Shown: positions 1 to 9,719 of the stretch, one piece after another | How positions within the stretch are numbered: position 1 is the first letter of the stretch | How the letters are laid out: every line of letters starts with the position of its first letter | Source of the DNA: Thermodesulfobacteriota bacterium | GTDB taxonomy: Bacteria; Desulfobacterota_D; UBA1144; Nemesobacterales; Nemesobacteraceae | Direction: 5' to 3' | Assembly (NCBI GenBank): GCA_965243595.1 | Contig: OZ251569.1 | Location: 1,025,177-1,089,176, forward strand | DNA: 64,000 bases | Program-made: the position numbers and the translations under genes | The notes under the pieces: generated by a model | The model's input: the letters and a program-made list of their open reading frames with translations, nothing else | The model's database searches: none | Told to the model about the DNA's origin: nothing

Positions 1-14
1 TCACCGCGCTCACG

Positions 15-3000
15 GTGGCCGAGGCGGGCGGGACGAACACCTACACGCTGGTCCTCGACACCCGGCCCACGGGAACCGTTACGGTGACTCCCGCGACGGG
101 CGACTCGTCTGTGGCTACGGTGAGCGGCGCGCTTACTTTCACGACGCAGAACTGGAGCACGCCGCAGTCCGTGACGGTTACGGGAGTGGACAACGCCGTG
201 GACGACGCCGGGGACGAGCGAAGCGTCACCGTGACGCATACCGCGTCAGGGGGGGATTACGGCGGGGCGGCGACTCCTTCGGTGACGGTGACCGTTACGG
301 ACGACGACACGAGGGGAGTGACGATATCGAAGACCTCCGAGACGATAGACGAGTCGGGGTCGGGCAATTCGTTCACGTACACGGTGAGGCTCGCGAGCGA
401 GCCGACGGCGACGGTTACGGTGGCCGTGACGGCTCCTTCGGGAGTGGCGACGGTGAATCCGTCTTCGCTCACTTTCGAGGCGGACAACGCCAACGGCAAG
501 ATATGGAGCGCGACGCAGCAGGTTACGGTGACGGCGGTTGACGACGAGGTGGACGGCGCTACGAACCGGACGGGGAACGTCGCTCACACCGTGACGGGAG
601 GGGACTACGAGGGATTCAGCGCGGGTTCGGTGAGCGTTACGCTTACCGACGACGACACGGCGTCGGTGGTGGTGAGTTCCGTTACGGGACAGGCGACGGA
701 GGCCGGGGGCACGGCGAGTTTCACCGTGAAGCTCGGAAGCGAGCCGACGGCGGACGTCGCGATGACGGTTACGAGCAAGGACACGACGGAGGGGACGGTG
801 TCTCCTTCATCGCTCACTTTCACGGCTTCGAACTGGAACAGCGCTCGGACCGTTACGGTTACGGGCCAGGACGACAGCGACGCGGACGGGACGGTGACGT
901 ACAACATAGAGCTCGGGGCGCCTACGGGTTCGGATTCGAAGTACACGGCTCTTGCGAAGACGAACGTGAGCGTGACGACGACCGACAACGACACTCCGGG
1001 AGTGACGGTATCGGAGAGCGCGGTGACGGTGACGGAAGCGAGCGGCTCCGGGCGGACGGCGACGTACACGGTGGTTCTCAACACCCGTCCTTCGGGGACC
1101 GTTACGGTGACTCCTGCGACGGGCTCCTCGTCGGTGGCTACGGTGAGCGGGGCGCTCACGTTCACAAACGCGACCTGGAGCACGGCGCAGACCGTGACGG
1201 TTACCGGAGTGGACAATGATGTGGACGACGCGGCGGACCGGACGACCAGCATAACGCACACGGTTGCGGGCTACGGGACGGTGACCAGCGCGAATTCGGT
1301 GAACGTTACGCTTACCGACGACGACACGAGGGGAGTGACGATATCGAAGACGGCCGAGACGATAGCGGAATCGGGAGCGGGCAATTCGTTCACGTACACG
1401 GTGAGGCTGGGAAGCGAGCCTACGGGGACGGTCACGGTTACGGTGAACGCTCCTTCGGGGGTGGCGACGGTGAACCCGTCTTCGCTTACGTTCACCACTT
1501 CGAACTGGGACCAGACGCAGACGGTGACGGTTACGGCGGTGGACGACAGGGTGGACGCCGCTACGAACCGGACGGGGAGCGTCACTCACACCGTGACGGG
1601 AGGGGACTACACGGGATTCAGCGCGGGTTCGGTGAGCGTGACGCTTACCGACGACGACACGGCGGGAGTGACGGTGAGCTCCGTTACGGGTCAGGCGACG
1701 GAGGCGGGGGGCACGGCGAGTTTCACGGTGAGGCTTGCGAGCAGGCCGACGGCGAACGTCGCGATGACGGTTACGAGCAAGGACACGGGGGAGGGGAGCG
1801 TGTCTCCTTCGTCGCTCACTTTCACGGCTTCGAACTGGAACAGCGCTCGGACCGTTACGGTGACGGGCCAGGACGACAACCTCGACGACGGGAACCAGAC
1901 GTACAACATAGAGCTCGGGGCTCCGACCAGCACGGATCCGAAGTACAGCGCTCTTTCGAAGACGGACGTGAGCGTGACGACCACAGACGACGACGGCAAG
2001 GGAGTGACGATATCGAAGACGGCCGAGACGATAGACGAGTCGGGGTCGGGCAATTCGTTCACCTACACGGTGAAGCTCGCCACCGAGCCGACGGCGACGG
2101 TTACGGTTACGGTTACGGCTCCTTCGGGGGTGGCGACGGTGAATCCGTCTTCGCTCACTTTCGAGGCGGACAACGCCAACAGCAAGATATGGAGCAGTAC
2201 GCAGACGGTGACGGTTACGGCGGTAGACGACGAGGTGGACAACGTGGCCAACCGGACGGGGAACGTGACGCACTCGGTGAGCGGGGGGGACTACGGGACG
2301 GGAGTGACTCCTGGTTCCGTAAGCGTGACGCTTACCGACGACGACACGGCGTCGGTGGATGTGAGTTCCGTTACGGGACAGGCGACGGAGGCCGGCGGAC
2401 AGGCGACGTTCACGGTGAGGCTCGGAAGCAAGCCCACGGCGGACGTCGCGATGACGGTTACGAGCAAGGACACGACGGAGGGGACGGTGTCTCCTTCATC
2501 GCTCACTTTCACGGCTTCGAACTGGAACAGCGCTCGGACCGTTACGGTTACGGGCCAGGACGACAGCGACGCGGACGGGACGGTGACGTACAACATAGAG
2601 CTCGGGGCGCCTACGGGTTCGGATTCGAAGTACACGGCTCTTGCGAAGACGAACGTGAGCGTGACGACGACCGACAACGACACTCCGGGAGTGACGGTAT
2701 CGGAGAGCGCGGTGACGGTGACGGAAGCGAGCGGCTCCGGGCGGACGGCGACGTACACGGTGGTTCTCAACACCCGTCCTTCGGGGACCGTTACGGTGAC
2801 TCCTGCGACGGGTTCCTCGTCGGTGGCTACGGTGAGCGGGGCGCTCACGTTCACAAACGCGACCTGGAGCACGGCGCAGACCGTGACGGTTACCGGAGTG
2901 GACAATGATGTGGACGACGCGGCGGACCGGACGACCAGCATAACGCACACGGTTGCGGGCTACGGGACGGTGACCAGCGCGAATTCGGTGAACGTTACGC

Positions 3001-6000
3001 TTACCGACGACGACACGAGGGGAGTGACGATATCGAAGACGGCCGAGACGATAGCGGAATCGGGAGCGGGCAATTCGTTCACGTACACGGTGAGGCTGGG
3101 AAGCGAGCCTACGGGGACGGTCACGGTTACGGTGAACGCTCCTTCGGGGGTGGCGACGGTGAACCCGTCTTCGCTTACGTTCACCACTTCGAACTGGGAC
3201 CAGACGCAGACGGTGACGGTTACGGCGGTGGACGACAGGGTGGACGCCGCTACGAACCGGACGGGGAGCGTCACTCACACCGTGACGGGAGGGGACTACA
3301 CGGGATTCAGCGCGGGTTCGGTGAGCGTGACGCTTACCGACGACGACACGGCGGGAGTGACGGTGAGCTCCGTTACGGGTCAGGCGACGGAGGCGGGGGG
3401 CACGGCGAGTTTCACGGTGAGGCTTGCGAGCAGGCCGACGGCGAACGTCGCGATGACGGTTACGAGCAAGGACACGGGGGAGGGGAGCGTGTCTCCTTCG
3501 TCGCTCACTTTCACGGCTTCGAACTGGAACAGCGCTCGGACCGTTACGGTTACGGGCCAGGACGACAACCTCGACGACGGGAACCAGACGTACAACATAG
3601 AGCTCGGGGCTCCGACCAGCACGGATCCGAAGTACAGTGCTCTTTCGAAGACGGACGTGAGCGTGACGACCACAGACGACGACGGCAAGGGAGTGGTGAT
3701 ATCGAGGACGGCCGCGACGATATCGGAATCGGGAGCGGGCAATTCGTTCACGTACACGGTGAAGCTCGCAACCGAGCCGACGGCGACGGTTACGGTTGCG
3801 GTGACGGCTCCTTCGGGGGTGGCGACGGTGAACCCGGCTTCGCTCACGTTCACCACTTCGAACTGGAACGACACCCAGACGGTTACCGTGACGGCGGTTG
3901 ACGACGAGCTCGACAACACGGCCAACCGGACGGGGAACGTGACGCACTCGGTGAGCGGGGGGGACTACGGGACGGGAGTGACTCCGGGTTCCGTAAGCGT
4001 GACGCTCACCGACGACGACACCGCGGGAGTCACGGTGAGCAAGAGCGTGGTGAGCCTGACGGAGGAAGGGACCAACGGCGAGTACACCGTGGTTCTCGAC
4101 GCGAAGCCCAGCGCCGACGTGACGGTTACGGTGACGAGCGTGGACGGAGCCAAGGTGAAGGTGAAGAAGGGTTCGGCGGCCAAGGCCAACAGCATCACTC
4201 TTACCTTCACTCCTTCGGGGGCGGGCATATGGAGCACGGCGCAGGCGGTGACGGTAGTGGCGGAGGACGATGCCGATTCCAGGAACGAGAGCGTGACGCT
4301 CACGCAGTCCATAGGAAGCGGCAGCGCTTCTGAATACACTTCGGTGAACGCGCCCGCCGTCACCGTGGAGGTGACGGACAACGACGCTCCGGGAGTGACG
4401 GTGAGCCAGGCGTCGTCGACGCCTCTGGCGATAGCCGAAGGTTCTAGCGGTTCCTATACCGTGAGGCTGGCCACGCAGCCCTCGGCCGCCGTCACGGTGG
4501 TGGCGTCGAGCAACAATTCCGACGTGACGGTGAGCAAGGACGGGGGGACGACGAAGAGTTCGAGCGTGACGCTCACTTTCGAGCGGGACAACACGAACAA
4601 CCTGATATGGAGCGCTACCCAGACGGTGACGGTGGACGTGGCCGGGGACTCCGATTCCCTGGACGAGACGGCGGAGATAACGCACAGGATGGGAAGCGGA
4701 AGCGCTTCCGAATACGCCTCGGTGAGCGTGGGAAGCGTCACGGTGAACGTGACCGACGACGATTACGCCGGACTTTCGATAGCGGACGCATCTGTGTCCG
4801 AGAGCGGCGGGACGCTTGCGTTCACGGTGACCAAGAGCATGGCGAGCAACCGCACGGTGACGGTGGACTGGACGCTCGCGGCGGGCACGGCGACGGCGGG
4901 CACTGGGACCACGGGGGACTACGACGCTACCACCGCGACGGGGACGCTCACCTTCTCTTCGGGAGGTTCCCTGACGCAGACGGTTTCCGTGCCGGTAAAC
5001 GACGATTTCGACGTGGAGGGAGACGAGACCGTGACGGTGACGCTCGGCAACCAGAGTCCGAGCCAGGTCACGATTTCCGACGCGAGCGCCACGGGGACGA
5101 TAGTGGACGACGACGCGGCGGGCGCGACGGTCTCGCCCGAGCGGTCGCTTCGCGCCACCACGGAAGACGGTCCCGGGACCGTGGAACTGCGCGTGGCGCT
5201 TTCAAGCAAACCGACGGCGGACGTGACGGTGACGGTGACCAGCGCCGACACGACGGAGGGGACGGTGAAGGCGGCGGAGGACGACCCCGACCCGACGCTT
5301 ACGTTCACCCCGACTAACTGGAACACCCCGCAGGCCGTGACGGTTACGGGAGTCGACGACGACGAACTCGACGGAGACGTCGAATACAATATAAGGCTCG
5401 CCTTTTCCACGGCCGCGTCTCCCGGAGGCGATGACAACTACAGGGGTCTCGACCCCGTGGACGTGCCGTTCACCAATCTCGACGACGATCTCTCCATACT
5501 CTCGTTAAGCGGCGGAGGAGAGGTGACGGAAGGAGACTCGGGGAGTTCCGCGCAGGCGGAGTTCACCGTGACCCTCGCTCCGGCGAGGAGGCAGGAAGTG
5601 TCGGTAAGCTACGCCACGGCGGACGGGACGGCGGAGGCTGGAAGCGACTACGTCGCGGCGTCGGGAACCGTGACCTTCTCCCCGGGAGAGACGACGAAGA
5701 CGGTGGCCGTGACGGTTACGGGAGACGACGAGGCGGAAGGAAACGAGACCTTCACGCTGAGTCTCACCGAAACCCCTAACGGACAGATAGACCCGCAGAA
5801 CTCCTCGGCCCGGGCCGTCATATTGAACGACGACGAGAAGATGGTGGACGCGAGCATGTCGGGAGAGTTCTCCGTGGGAGACACTACGGTGACGGTGGAT
5901 TCCACGCTTCCCGCCGACACGGGACTGGAGATCGTCCTGCCCTCCGAGCTTGAGAGCGGAGGCTCGATGATAGAGGAGCTGACCGTAACCCTCGAACCCT

Positions 6001-7718
6001 CGGACCAGGAGATAGACTCCGATCTTTTCGGATACACGGGAACCGACGACGATCACGTGCTGGTGGACATAGACGTCTCCCCCGTGCCCGACAGCGCCGT
6101 CAAGATATGCCTTCCGATAACGGAGGGACTGCGCCGCGCCGCCGGACAGCAGCGCCTCTACATCATAAGGTTCTCGAACGGCTCGTGGGAGGAGCTTTCC
6201 TCCGCCACCGAAGGAGAGAAGGTGTGCGCGGACGTGAGAGGTTTCTCTCCGTTCGCCCTGGTCTACCAGATAGACTACGTAAAGCGCCGTTTCGGAGAAG
6301 TGAACAGGGCGATACTGCCGGAGCTTTCGCGGGCGATGACTGCGAGCACTCTGGAAGCCGTGACGGCGCGCATGGAAGACGCCATGGCGGGAGGAGCGCC
6401 CGCAAACTCCCTAAACGCCGCCGCTCCCGCTGATGAGCCGCTCGGACGCGTGGAACCGGGACTCCGGCTGGGAGAATTCGAGGACGGGGAGACGATCTCG
6501 CTGCTGGACTCCATAGACGGCTCCCGCTTCTCCGTCTCCCTCGCCGGAGGCTACGACCCGCCGGGCTCCGATACGGACGAAGAGCCGACCGCCGAGTCCC
6601 GCCCCTCGGGAGGTCTGGGCGTGTGGGTTTCGGGAGACTACCGCAACCTCTCCGGCAAAAGCGGCTCCGCCGCCGACTGGGACGGGAAGCTCGTCTCCGG
6701 TCACCTGGGAGCCGACTACAGGTTCGGACGAGGCTTCCTCGCCGGAGTCGCCACTTCATGGTCCCAGGGATCGTTCGACTACACGGGCAGGGGGGAGAGC
6801 GGCAGGGTGAGCGGAGACTACGGAAGCAGGATGAACAGCTTCCATCCCTACCTCGCTCTCTCCCTCTCAAGGAGACTGGACGTGTGGGCCTCGGGAGGCT
6901 GGGGCTTCGGGGAAATCAGGATCGACGACGGGGGGGTTTCGGGACGGCAGACCGCCCCGACCAGACTCTCGAGCCTCGCGACCGGAGCATCCCTGAGGCT
7001 CTCCGGCGCCGGAGCCACGACGCTTTCCCTCAAGGGAGAGGCGTGGATTTCCCGCATGAAAGTCAGGGACAACGGAGGCCGCATAGAAGGACTCAAGGTC
7101 GGAACCGACAGGCTGCGCGCCGCCCTCGAAGGCTCCCACGCCCTTTCGTTGGGCTCCGGGTCTTCCCTCGTTCCTTCCCTCGAGTTCGGAATACGCCGCG
7201 ACGGCGGAGACGGAGAGACAGGAGTGGGAGGAGAACTCGGCGGAGGGATGACCTACGCGTCGTCCTTCGGTCTCTCTGTGGAGGCCAGGGGACGGACGCT
7301 TCTGTTCCACCAGGGAGACGCCAAGGAGTGGGGACTGGGAGGCTCGGTGCGCTTCGACCCGGGAGGAGACGGCAGGGGACTTTCCATGAGCGTGCTTCCC
7401 AGCTACGGCAACGGCTCGAGCGGAGTGCAGACCCTGTGGGACAGCGAGAGAGCGTCGGAACTCGGCTCCTCGAATTCCGAGCGCGAGTTCGGTCTGGAGA
7501 CGGAAGTGGGCTACGGGTTCCGCATGTTCGGAGACGGAGGACTGCTCACCCCCTACGGAGCCTTCGGACGACCCGACCCCGACAGCAGAAACTACAGGTT
7601 CGGAAGCCGCTTCAGCATGAACCGCACCCTCGACCTCACCCTCGAAGGGCAGCGCAGGGAAATCCGCACGGACAGCCCCGAACACGAACTCACCATCCAG
7701 GGAAGACTCAACTGGTAG
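15..7718 (+). CDS. Giant autotransporter-like adhesin, 5'-partial. More than 12 tandem Calx-beta/Ig-like domains of about 110 aa each, then a conserved two-Cys module, a helical linker and a C-terminal beta-barrel translocator.
   Basis: Single 2567-aa ORF open from the window start. Repeats of the form ...TVTVT..DDD...; classic Calx-beta motifs such as GTVTFSPGETTKTVAVTVTGDDEAEGNETF and TLTFSSGGSLTQTVSVPVNDDFDVEGDETV. The last ~300 aa are glycine/aromatic rich (GVWVSGDYRNLSG...ADYRFGRG...) and end in ...IQGRLNW, the aromatic C-terminus typical of autotransporter beta domains. Confidence 0.8.
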   Translation: MAEAGGTNTYTLVLDTRPTGTVTVTPATGDSSVATVSGALTFTTQNWSTPQSVTVTGVDNAVDDAGDERSVTVTHTASGGDYGGAATPSVTVTVTDDDTRGVTISKTSETIDESGSGNSFTYTVRLASEPTATVTVAVTAPSGVATVNPSSLTFEADNANGKIWSATQQVTVTAVDDEVDGATNRTGNVAHTVTGGDYEGFSAGSVSVTLTDDDTASVVVSSVTGQATEAGGTASFTVKLGSEPTADVAMTVTSKDTTEGTVSPSSLTFTASNWNSARTVTVTGQDDSDADGTVTYNIELGAPTGSDSKYTALAKTNVSVTTTDNDTPGVTVSESAVTVTEASGSGRTATYTVVLNTRPSGTVTVTPATGSSSVATVSGALTFTNATWSTAQTVTVTGVDNDVDDAADRTTSITHTVAGYGTVTSANSVNVTLTDDDTRGVTISKTAETIAESGAGNSFTYTVRLGSEPTGTVTVTVNAPSGVATVNPSSLTFTTSNWDQTQTVTVTAVDDRVDAATNRTGSVTHTVTGGDYTGFSAGSVSVTLTDDDTAGVTVSSVTGQATEAGGTASFTVRLASRPTANVAMTVTSKDTGEGSVSPSSLTFTASNWNSARTVTVTGQDDNLDDGNQTYNIELGAPTSTDPKYSALSKTDVSVTTTDDDGKGVTISKTAETIDESGSGNSFTYTVKLATEPTATVTVTVTAPSGVATVNPSSLTFEADNANSKIWSSTQTVTVTAVDDEVDNVANRTGNVTHSVSGGDYGTGVTPGSVSVTLTDDDTASVDVSSVTGQATEAGGQATFTVRLGSKPTADVAMTVTSKDTTEGTVSPSSLTFTASNWNSARTVTVTGQDDSDADGTVTYNIELGAPTGSDSKYTALAKTNVSVTTTDNDTPGVTVSESAVTVTEASGSGRTATYTVVLNTRPSGTVTVTPATGSSSVATVSGALTFTNATWSTAQTVTVTGVDNDVDDAADRTTSITHTVAGYGTVTSANSVNVTLTDDDTRGVTISKTAETIAESGAGNSFTYTVRLGSEPTGTVTVTVNAPSGVATVNPSSLTFTTSNWDQTQTVTVTAVDDRVDAATNRTGSVTHTVTGGDYTGFSAGSVSVTLTDDDTAGVTVSSVTGQATEAGGTASFTVRLASRPTANVAMTVTSKDTGEGSVSPSSLTFTASNWNSARTVTVTGQDDNLDDGNQTYNIELGAPTSTDPKYSALSKTDVSVTTTDDDGKGVVISRTAATISESGAGNSFTYTVKLATEPTATVTVAVTAPSGVATVNPASLTFTTSNWNDTQTVTVTAVDDELDNTANRTGNVTHSVSGGDYGTGVTPGSVSVTLTDDDTAGVTVSKSVVSLTEEGTNGEYTVVLDAKPSADVTVTVTSVDGAKVKVKKGSAAKANSITLTFTPSGAGIWSTAQAVTVVAEDDADSRNESVTLTQSIGSGSASEYTSVNAPAVTVEVTDNDAPGVTVSQASSTPLAIAEGSSGSYTVRLATQPSAAVTVVASSNNSDVTVSKDGGTTKSSSVTLTFERDNTNNLIWSATQTVTVDVAGDSDSLDETAEITHRMGSGSASEYASVSVGSVTVNVTDDDYAGLSIADASVSESGGTLAFTVTKSMASNRTVTVDWTLAAGTATAGTGTTGDYDATTATGTLTFSSGGSLTQTVSVPVNDDFDVEGDETVTVTLGNQSPSQVTISDASATGTIVDDDAAGATVSPERSLRATTEDGPGTVELRVALSSKPTADVTVTVTSADTTEGTVKAAEDDPDPTLTFTPTNWNTPQAVTVTGVDDDELDGDVEYNIRLAFSTAASPGGDDNYRGLDPVDVPFTNLDDDLSILSLSGGGEVTEGDSGSSAQAEFTVTLAPARRQEVSVSYATADGTAEAGSDYVAASGTVTFSPGETTKTVAVTVTGDDEAEGNETFTLSLTETPNGQIDPQNSSARAVILNDDEKMVDASMSGEFSVGDTTVTVDSTLPADTGLEIVLPSELESGGSMIEELTVTLEPSDQEIDSDLFGYTGTDDDHVLVDIDVSPVPDSAVKICLPITEGLRRAAGQQRLYIIRFSNGSWEELSSATEGEKVCADVRGFSPFALVYQIDYVKRRFGEVNRAILPELSRAMTASTLEAVTARMEDAMAGGAPANSLNAAAPADEPLGRVEPGLRLGEFEDGETISLLDSIDGSRFSVSLAGGYDPPGSDTDEEPTAESRPSGGLGVWVSGDYRNLSGKSGSAADWDGKLVSGHLGADYRFGRGFLAGVATSWSQGSFDYTGRGESGRVSGDYGSRMNSFHPYLALSLSRRLDVWASGGWGFGEIRIDDGGVSGRQTAPTRLSSLATGASLRLSGAGATTLSLKGEAWISRMKVRDNGGRIEGLKVGTDRLRAALEGSHALSLGSGSSLVPSLEFGIRRDGGDGETGVGGELGGGMTYASSFGLSVEARGRTLLFHQGDAKEWGLGGSVRFDPGGDGRGLSMSVLPSYGNGSSGVQTLWDSERASELGSSNSEREFGLETEVGYGFRMFGDGGLLTPYGAFGRPDPDSRNYRFGSRFSMNRTLDLTLEGQRREIRTDSPEHELTIQGRLNW
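655..4030 (+). repeat. Near-identical tandem duplication of a 1689-bp (563-aa, five-domain) unit inside the adhesin gene
   Basis: Reverse-frame ORFs 605..1261 vs 2291..2950, 1271..1585 vs 2960..3274 and 807..2273 vs 2496.. are identical at an offset of 1686-1689 bp. The protein blocks VSESAVTVTEASGSGRTATYTVVLNTRPSG...VSVTTTDDDGKG are identical in both copies. Confidence 0.85.
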
Positions 7719-7768
7719 TCTCGACGCCACGCGGCCGGCGACGGAACCGAAGATACCGGGATTGACCT

Positions 7769-7812
7769 GCCGGAAACGCTCCCGTTTCCGGCTATAACGG
7801 CTTTTGTTTGAT
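7769..7812 (+). terminator. Putative terminator hairpin followed by a T-run, downstream of the adhesin gene
   Basis: Perfect 10-bp stem GCCGGAAACG / CGTTTCCGGC with a 4-nt loop at 7769-7792, followed by CTTTTGTTTGATTT. The same element recurs at 9069-9113. Confidence 0.4.
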
Positions 7813-7895
7813 TTCAGGCGGTTGCGGTCCGTTCCGTCAAGACCGCCGGAAGTCGCCGGGCGCGGCGGCTTCACGCGAAGAATGCTCGTATTGCT

Positions 7896-8177
7896 TCACG
7901 ACAGGATTTTGGTAATAAGAGGGGGTATTCCACTGGCGACTATCACCGCGATCATGATAAGCCACGGCGGACGGTTTTCGGCTTTTTCGGCTTTCCGCTC
8001 CAGGCTGACGACTCTGTAGCCGACATTTTCCATGAGTGCTTCCACGCGGGCCATGCGCACGCTTATACTGTTGTCCATCCCGGCCATGCGCGTATCCATG
8101 GCCTTGACGTCGCGCCGGATGTCGTCAACGACCTCTTCAATACGTTCTACTCTGACTTCCAAGCTCGATCTTTCCAT
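7896..8177 (-). CDS. Small tail-anchored coiled-coil protein, XhlA-like (haemolysin XhlA family-like), paralog 1
   Basis: 93 aa. N-terminal heptad-like coiled coil (LEVRVERIEEVVDDIRRDVKAMDTRMAGMD...), C-terminal transmembrane anchor WLIMIAVIVASGIPPLITKILS. Two paralogs lie downstream. Confidence 0.45.
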   Translation of the reverse strand: MERSSLEVRVERIEEVVDDIRRDVKAMDTRMAGMDNSISVRMARVEALMENVGYRVVSLERKAEKAENRPPWLIMIAVIVASGIPPLITKILS

Positions 8178-8305
8178 TGCGCCAACGATTGTAACATGTT
8201 TGGCAGAGAAAAGCGAAGAAACCGCGGGTGGTTGCGGTCCGTTTCGTCAAGACCGCCGAAAGTCGCCGGGCGCGGCGGCTTCACGCGAAGAATGCTCGTA
8301 TTGCT

Positions 8306-8638
8306 TCACGACAGGATTTTGGTAATAAGAGGGGGTATTCCCCCGGCGACTATCACCGCGATTGCGATAAGCCACAGCCGGTTTTCGGTTTTTTCGGCTT
8401 TCTGCTCCGCGCTGACGACTCTTTGGCCGACACTTTCCATGAGCGCTTCCATGCGAGCCATGCGGGCATCTATCCCGGCTATGCGCGTATTTATGCTGTT
8501 GTTCATCTCGGCCATGCGCTCGCTCATGCCTTTGTCCATCTCGGCCATGCGCGTGTCCATGGCCTTGACGTCGCGCTGGATGCCGCCAACGACCTTTTCA
8601 ATATGTTCTACTCTGATTTCCAGATTCGATTTTTCCAT
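8306..8638 (-). CDS. XhlA-like tail-anchored coiled-coil protein, paralog 2
   Basis: 110 aa. MEKSNLEIRVEHIEKVVGGIQRDVKAMDTRMAEMDKGMSER... with C-terminal transmembrane anchor LWLIAIAVIVAGGIPPLITKILS. Confidence 0.45.
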   Translation of the reverse strand: MEKSNLEIRVEHIEKVVGGIQRDVKAMDTRMAEMDKGMSERMAEMNNSINTRIAGIDARMARMEALMESVGQRVVSAEQKAEKTENRLWLIAIAVIVAGGIPPLITKILS

Positions 8639-8730
8639 TGCGTCAACGATTATAACATGTTTGCTGAAGAAAAGCGAAGAAATCGCCGAGTGACGGCTGT
8701 GCGGACGATTTCGGCATAGCGGAGTCCCGG

Positions 8731-9018
8731 ACCCTGCGGGACAGCGAGAGAGCGTCGGAACTCGGCTCCTCGAATTCCCGACGCGAGTTCGGACTCGAAA
8801 CGGAAGCGGGCTACGGGTTCCGCATGTTCGGGGACGGAGGACCGCTCACCCCCTGCGGAGCCTTCGGACGACCCGACCCCGACGGCAGAAACTGCAGGCT
8901 CGGAAGCCGCTTCAGCATGAACCGCACCCTCGACCTCACCCTCGAAGGGCAGCGCAGGGAAATCCGCGCAGACAGCCCCGAACGCGAACTCACCATCCAG
9001 GGAAGACTCAACTGGTAG
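8731..9018 (+). pseudogene. Duplicated 3'-terminal fragment of the autotransporter beta-barrel gene, copy 2
   Basis: About 90% nucleotide identity to 7430-7718. Translates to WDSERASELGSSNS..MFGDGGPLTPCGAFGRPDPDGRN..EGQRREIRADSPERELTIQGRLNW. The downstream 100 bp, including the terminator hairpin, also match. Confidence 0.7.
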
Positions 9019-9195
9019 TCTCGACGCCACGCGGCCGGCGACGGAACCGAAGATACCGGGATTGACCTGCCGGAAACGCTCCCGTTTCCGGTTATAACGG
9101 CTTTTGTTTGATTTCAGACGGTTGCGGTCCGTTCCGTCAAGACCGCGTGAAGTCAAAGGGCGCGGCGGCTTCACGCGAAGAATGCTCGTATTGCT

Positions 9196-9627
9196 TCACG
9201 ACAGGATTTTGGTAATAAGAGGGGGTATTCCCCCGGCGACTATCACCGCGATTGCGATAAGCCACAGCCGGTTTTCGGTTTTTTCGGCTTTCTGCTCCGC
9301 GCTGACGACTCTTTGGCCGACACTTTCCATGAGCGCTTCCATGCGAGCCATGCGGGCATCTATCCCGGCTATGCGCGTATTTATGCTGTTGTTCATCTCG
9401 GCCATGCGCTCGCCCATGCTGTTGTCCATCTCGGCCATGCGCTCGCTCATGCCTTTGTCCATCTCGGCCATGCGCTCGCTCATGCCTTTGTCCATCTCGG
9501 CCATGCGCTCGCTCATGCCTTTGTCCATCTCGGCCATGCGCGTGTCCATGGCCTTGACGTCGCGCTGGATGCCGCCAACGACCTTTTCAATATGTTCTAC
9601 TCTGATTTCCAGATTCGATTTTTCCAT
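9196..9627 (-). CDS. XhlA-like tail-anchored coiled-coil protein, paralog 3, lengthened by in-frame 11-aa repeats
   Basis: 143 aa. Identical to paralog 2 except for about 3.5 extra copies of MAEMDKGMSER encoded by a 33-bp tandem repeat. Confidence 0.45.
   Translation of the reverse strand: MEKSNLEIRVEHIEKVVGGIQRDVKAMDTRMAEMDKGMSERMAEMDKGMSERMAEMDKGMSERMAEMDNSMGERMAEMNNSINTRIAGIDARMARMEALMESVGQRVVSAEQKAEKTENRLWLIAIAVIVAGGIPPLITKILS
9398..9545. repeat. 33-bp perfect tandem repeat, about 4.5 copies, in frame within the XhlA-like gene
   Basis: CTCGGCCATGCGCTCGCTCATGCCTTTGTCCAT repeated head to tail. No unique spacers between copies, so this is not a CRISPR array. Confidence 0.85.
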
Positions 9628-9719
9628 TGCGTCAACGATTATAACATGTTTGCTGAAGAAAAGCGAAGAAATCGCCGAGTGACGGCTGTGCGGACGATTT
9701 CGGCATAGCGGAGTCCCGG

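Noticed and set aside
246-4685. Long reverse-strand ORFs inside the adhesin gene (for example 807..2273, 2496..4685, 246..587), highly Arg/His/Pro-rich
   Set aside because: They are antisense read-throughs of GC-rich repetitive coding DNA. Their composition is not protein-like, and their periodic identity merely mirrors the sense-strand repeats.
7762-7799. TTGACC ... TATAAC promoter-like hexamers after the adhesin stop
   Set aside because: The spacer is about 25 bp, and the region is better explained as a terminator hairpin plus T-run.
6623-7874. Overlapping ORFs 6623..7765 (+) and 6867..7874 (-) across the beta-barrel region
   Set aside because: Alternative-frame artefacts. The beta-barrel frame has the canonical autotransporter motifs and the C-terminal W.
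9398-9545. Possible CRISPR array suggested by the regular 33-bp repeats
   Set aside because: The repeats are contiguous with no unique spacers, they are in frame within a CDS, and no cas genes are present.
8196-9708. Plus-strand ORFs 8196..8693, 8228..8719, 9104..9682 and 9313..9708 overlapping the small XhlA-like genes
   Set aside because: Low-complexity A/M/S/R/H-rich translations that are antisense to the coherent coiled-coil plus transmembrane proteins on the minus strand.
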